DNA from: Nemertoderma westbladi
Lineage: Eukaryota > Animalia > Xenacoelomorpha
Assembly (NCBI GenBank): GCA_032718475.1
Contig: JAUCBJ010003590.1
Coordinates: 1 to 64,000, forward strand
Direction of reading: 5' to 3'
Length of the DNA: 64,000 bases
Below, piece by piece: positions 61,316 to 64,000 of the stretch. The number at the start of each line of letters is the position of its first letter. The first letter of the stretch is position 1. The position numbers and the translations under genes were made by a program. Under the pieces are notes generated by a model. It made no database searches, was not told the origin of the DNA, and saw nothing but the letters and a program-made list of their open reading frames with translations.

Positions 61316-62477
61316 TATTATTCCGATCTAATCAGTACAAGCAATACTACCCACCAATAAGTAATGAATTACCTCCTATTGGGTTCTGTGTAAGATAGCC
61401 CAACAACAGGAGAAGGTGGTATCTGTTAACTATGGCTATAGAATGTATGCAGTGTAGCAACCTTCCTATGTAAGGGGCCCAATCAACAGGATGGTCGTAG
61501 GGCGAGTAAGCTGTACAATGTTTCCTATGGAGGGGTAATACAGCCTACCTAAGCAGCAGCCGACTGAGTAGGGAGAATAAGCCTAGACTGTAGTCAATGG
61601 TTACACAGAGGTAGGACAAGTCATGTGACACGATATTGCTTGCAGAGGCGGCAAATAATTACCTCCCAAGAAATATATTGGTTTTGGAATATTACGCTGA
61701 CAGAGGTCCAAGTTGTAAATAATGGATCTGAGGGTGAATATATGAGCTTAAATGTTAAATAGCTCGATGATATGTATGTATATCGGTTAAAGGTTCCTTG
61801 ATATTTATTATGAAATAAGAATCTTGGAATTAAAACCGCACAAATTATAAAAATAAATACAAAACGTTACTTATACCTAAATACCTACGTTACGACGGAA
61901 GTGGTGTAAACTTAGTGTTTACTTTAATGTATTACACGTAAAAAACAAAAAATGGCAGAGCAATAAGATTGTGGGAATTTACCAGGGAATGGAATATGCA
62001 ATTGTTTCGATCGTTTAGGACGTCGAAACCAGTAAGGAGACAAACGTTAATAGCACAAATAAAACAATAGATACGGTTAGTAGAATGCGTCCCCACAATT
62101 GCCGAAAATACGCTACCTGGTCGCTTAGTTATTTCGTATAGGGTATAACGATCTGTTGACGGGCTAAGACCGCATAAAATGGTTCCGATCGACTGAGAAA
62201 TTCGAACCAATAAGTCTGTGCGTATGGTAAGTCGATAAATAACAGTTCGATACTTGATTGAAGAAACGAAAGTGCCCCACGATTCATCCAAAGACTATGC
62301 TTTGAATATTTTTGATGGGCCAGTCGAACTTCTGCGCTTTAATTCCGTAAAACCAAGTATGAAAGGTAATTCGTCGGGAATAAAGCGATATTTCCTGCCA
62401 CAGGGAAATAAACAACTTTATGTGTTCCAAGACTGGAAATATGAATAAGATGGGGGTAAAATGAGGCCTACAAAACA
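61316..62477 (+). repeat. Putative solitary or 3' LTR of a distant relative of the Gag-PR BEL family
   Basis: Preceded by a PPT-like G7 run (61309-61315); ~1160 bp to ...CAAAACA; contains GTATATCGGTTAA ~460 nt in (compare GTATATCCGTTAT ~430 nt into the copy 2 LTR). No partner LTR in the window. Confidence 0.35.
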
Positions 62478-62979
62478 ATTAAGCGTTTACTTAATACACT
62501 ATGAAGTGTAAATATGTGAATGTGAATACTATGTGAATACACTAATACACTCTGGTGTATCTGTTTATTTCCCCTTTCTCCCTTCGATGCATTGATTTGC
62601 TCTATATTTCGCTTAGTCTAATACGGTATTTGATCATCTATTATATTTAACTGATATACAGTACCGGGAGGGTGTGGCAACACAATACAACAAGCAAATG
62701 TCTGATTAATTAATTATGTAAGGACTCAAGTCTGGTGACTGTCTTTCCCTTTAGAGGAAAACGTATTGTGACAAGTCTTTGGTCTAATTATATTGATATC
62801 GCTACAGTATTCAATTTGTGACAACTCTCAATCATGATGTAATTAATAATGAGAGCTTTGCTTACAATGATGGTCTGAAATATCGCCATATATTAATTAT
62901 TTATTAAGTTAGAGGTACGACGGTAGAAATGTATTTGATGCAATTGTCCAGATTATCACTAACGCTTAGTTATACTGAC

Positions 62980-64000
62980 CTACTACTACTAGGATCGGCA
63001 TGCTGCATTGCAGCTGCATTTTTAAGAATGCTGTGCCGGCTTGTCAACAAAATTGCACCGCCACAACTCCCTATCACCCATGACATTTGCTAGATCATCC
63101 GCATCTTTAAGGCCAGTGTCCTTTAAGATGCGTCTCAAGAAAGTCATGGGCTGTCCACCATGCTCATTCACTCCATTACAGTCTTGTATAGAGCTCCTGT
63201 ATTTCCTACGAAAGATAATATGGTCTATCTGGGACTTGTGACCACTGGGTCCACTATGAGTCCATAGCTTTCCAGTTCGCTTCTTGAACTGGGTTCCAGC
63301 CGAAAACAATCCATTTCCAGAGATAAAATCCTGAAGATGGACAGAATTTCGGTTAACACTATTGCTATAGACCCAGCGCGATGTAGGTGATTGATGCAGA
63401 CTTGCATTAAAGTCTCCCAGGAATGTTAAAGAATGCATGCTGATCCACTCCATCAGTAGCTGCTTGTAGATTGTGGTAGAAATTTTCCACCTCTTCTACA
63501 GGGGCAACACTAGTTGGGGAGTAGCACACAATCAGAACCACCTTAGGAAACTTCTTAGCCAGTCTTCCAGAACATGAGAAGTGGCAACGGATGATGCGGT
63601 TAGAGATTTGGTATATTTTGTCCAATGCTGCATGTGCAGTTGGATTCATCAATAGACCAATTCCACCATTGCCACTATCATCTGCTGACGCGAGGGCGAG
63701 TCGCCAACCGCCCCCCATGTCCTTAATCAGAACCTCATCAGTCTGTCCAGTCTGCATTCGGTGCTCTTGAACACCCACTGCGCTAAGAAAAAGCTTATCT
63801 GCCGATGCAGTCAGCTCACCTTGTCGCATTGGGGACCCGAGTGTTAGGGTGTTTACTGAGGCTAGTCTTGTGACTTGCCTCAGATTCACCAATGGCTTTG
63901 TTGGTCGGGGTGGAACATGAGAGTAGCCTCCAACTCCAGAATCCCTCTCCCCATCACAATCTGGCCTTCCTGGTGACCCAGGGTTTGGGCCAGAAAGGTC
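62980..64000 (-). mobile_element. RTE-type LINE derivative: APE endonuclease joined to the C-terminal end, RT absent
   Basis: VNTLTL, VGVQEHR, GGIGLL, CYSPTS, GDFNA, QIDHII..SSIQDC followed at once by GGQPMTFLRRILKDTGL..MGDRELWR; (TAG)n tail at ~62980-62992; runs off the window end. Confidence 0.8.

Overview
AT-rich eukaryotic genomic DNA, probably a marine invertebrate (inference from spliceosomal introns, the TE spectrum and enrichment of TAGGCCTA/TACCGGTA/TACTGTA motifs). It is dominated by nested transposable elements. The one clear host gene is a 4-exon secreted CAP/SCP (PR-1-like) gene (26135-41439, +); there is also an orphan TSP1-like exon. TEs: two copies of a ~12 kb BEL/Pao LTR element that encodes Gag-protease but has RT, most of RNase H and the integrase core deleted (12483-24584; 28246-40362, the latter with ~99% identical LTRs and a GCAAT TSD, inside CAP intron 3); a tRNA-primed BEL/Pao element on the minus strand (41993-55137) carrying a nested CR1/L2-type LINE; decayed Gypsy, BEL, Penelope-like, Crypton-like and RTE fragments; hAT and MULE MITEs. 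Most notable: the Gag-PR-only family has no tRNA PBS. Instead the 13 nt right after the 5' LTR are exactly complementary to a 13-mer inside the LTR, a Tf1-like self-priming signature not expected in BEL/Pao. The family also carries a 3' accessory-gene cassette whose ~42 bp upstream motif recurs, inverted, in front of a different zinc-knuckle ORF at 57.9-60.9 kb next to a probable related LTR. All calls are by eye; no searches were run.
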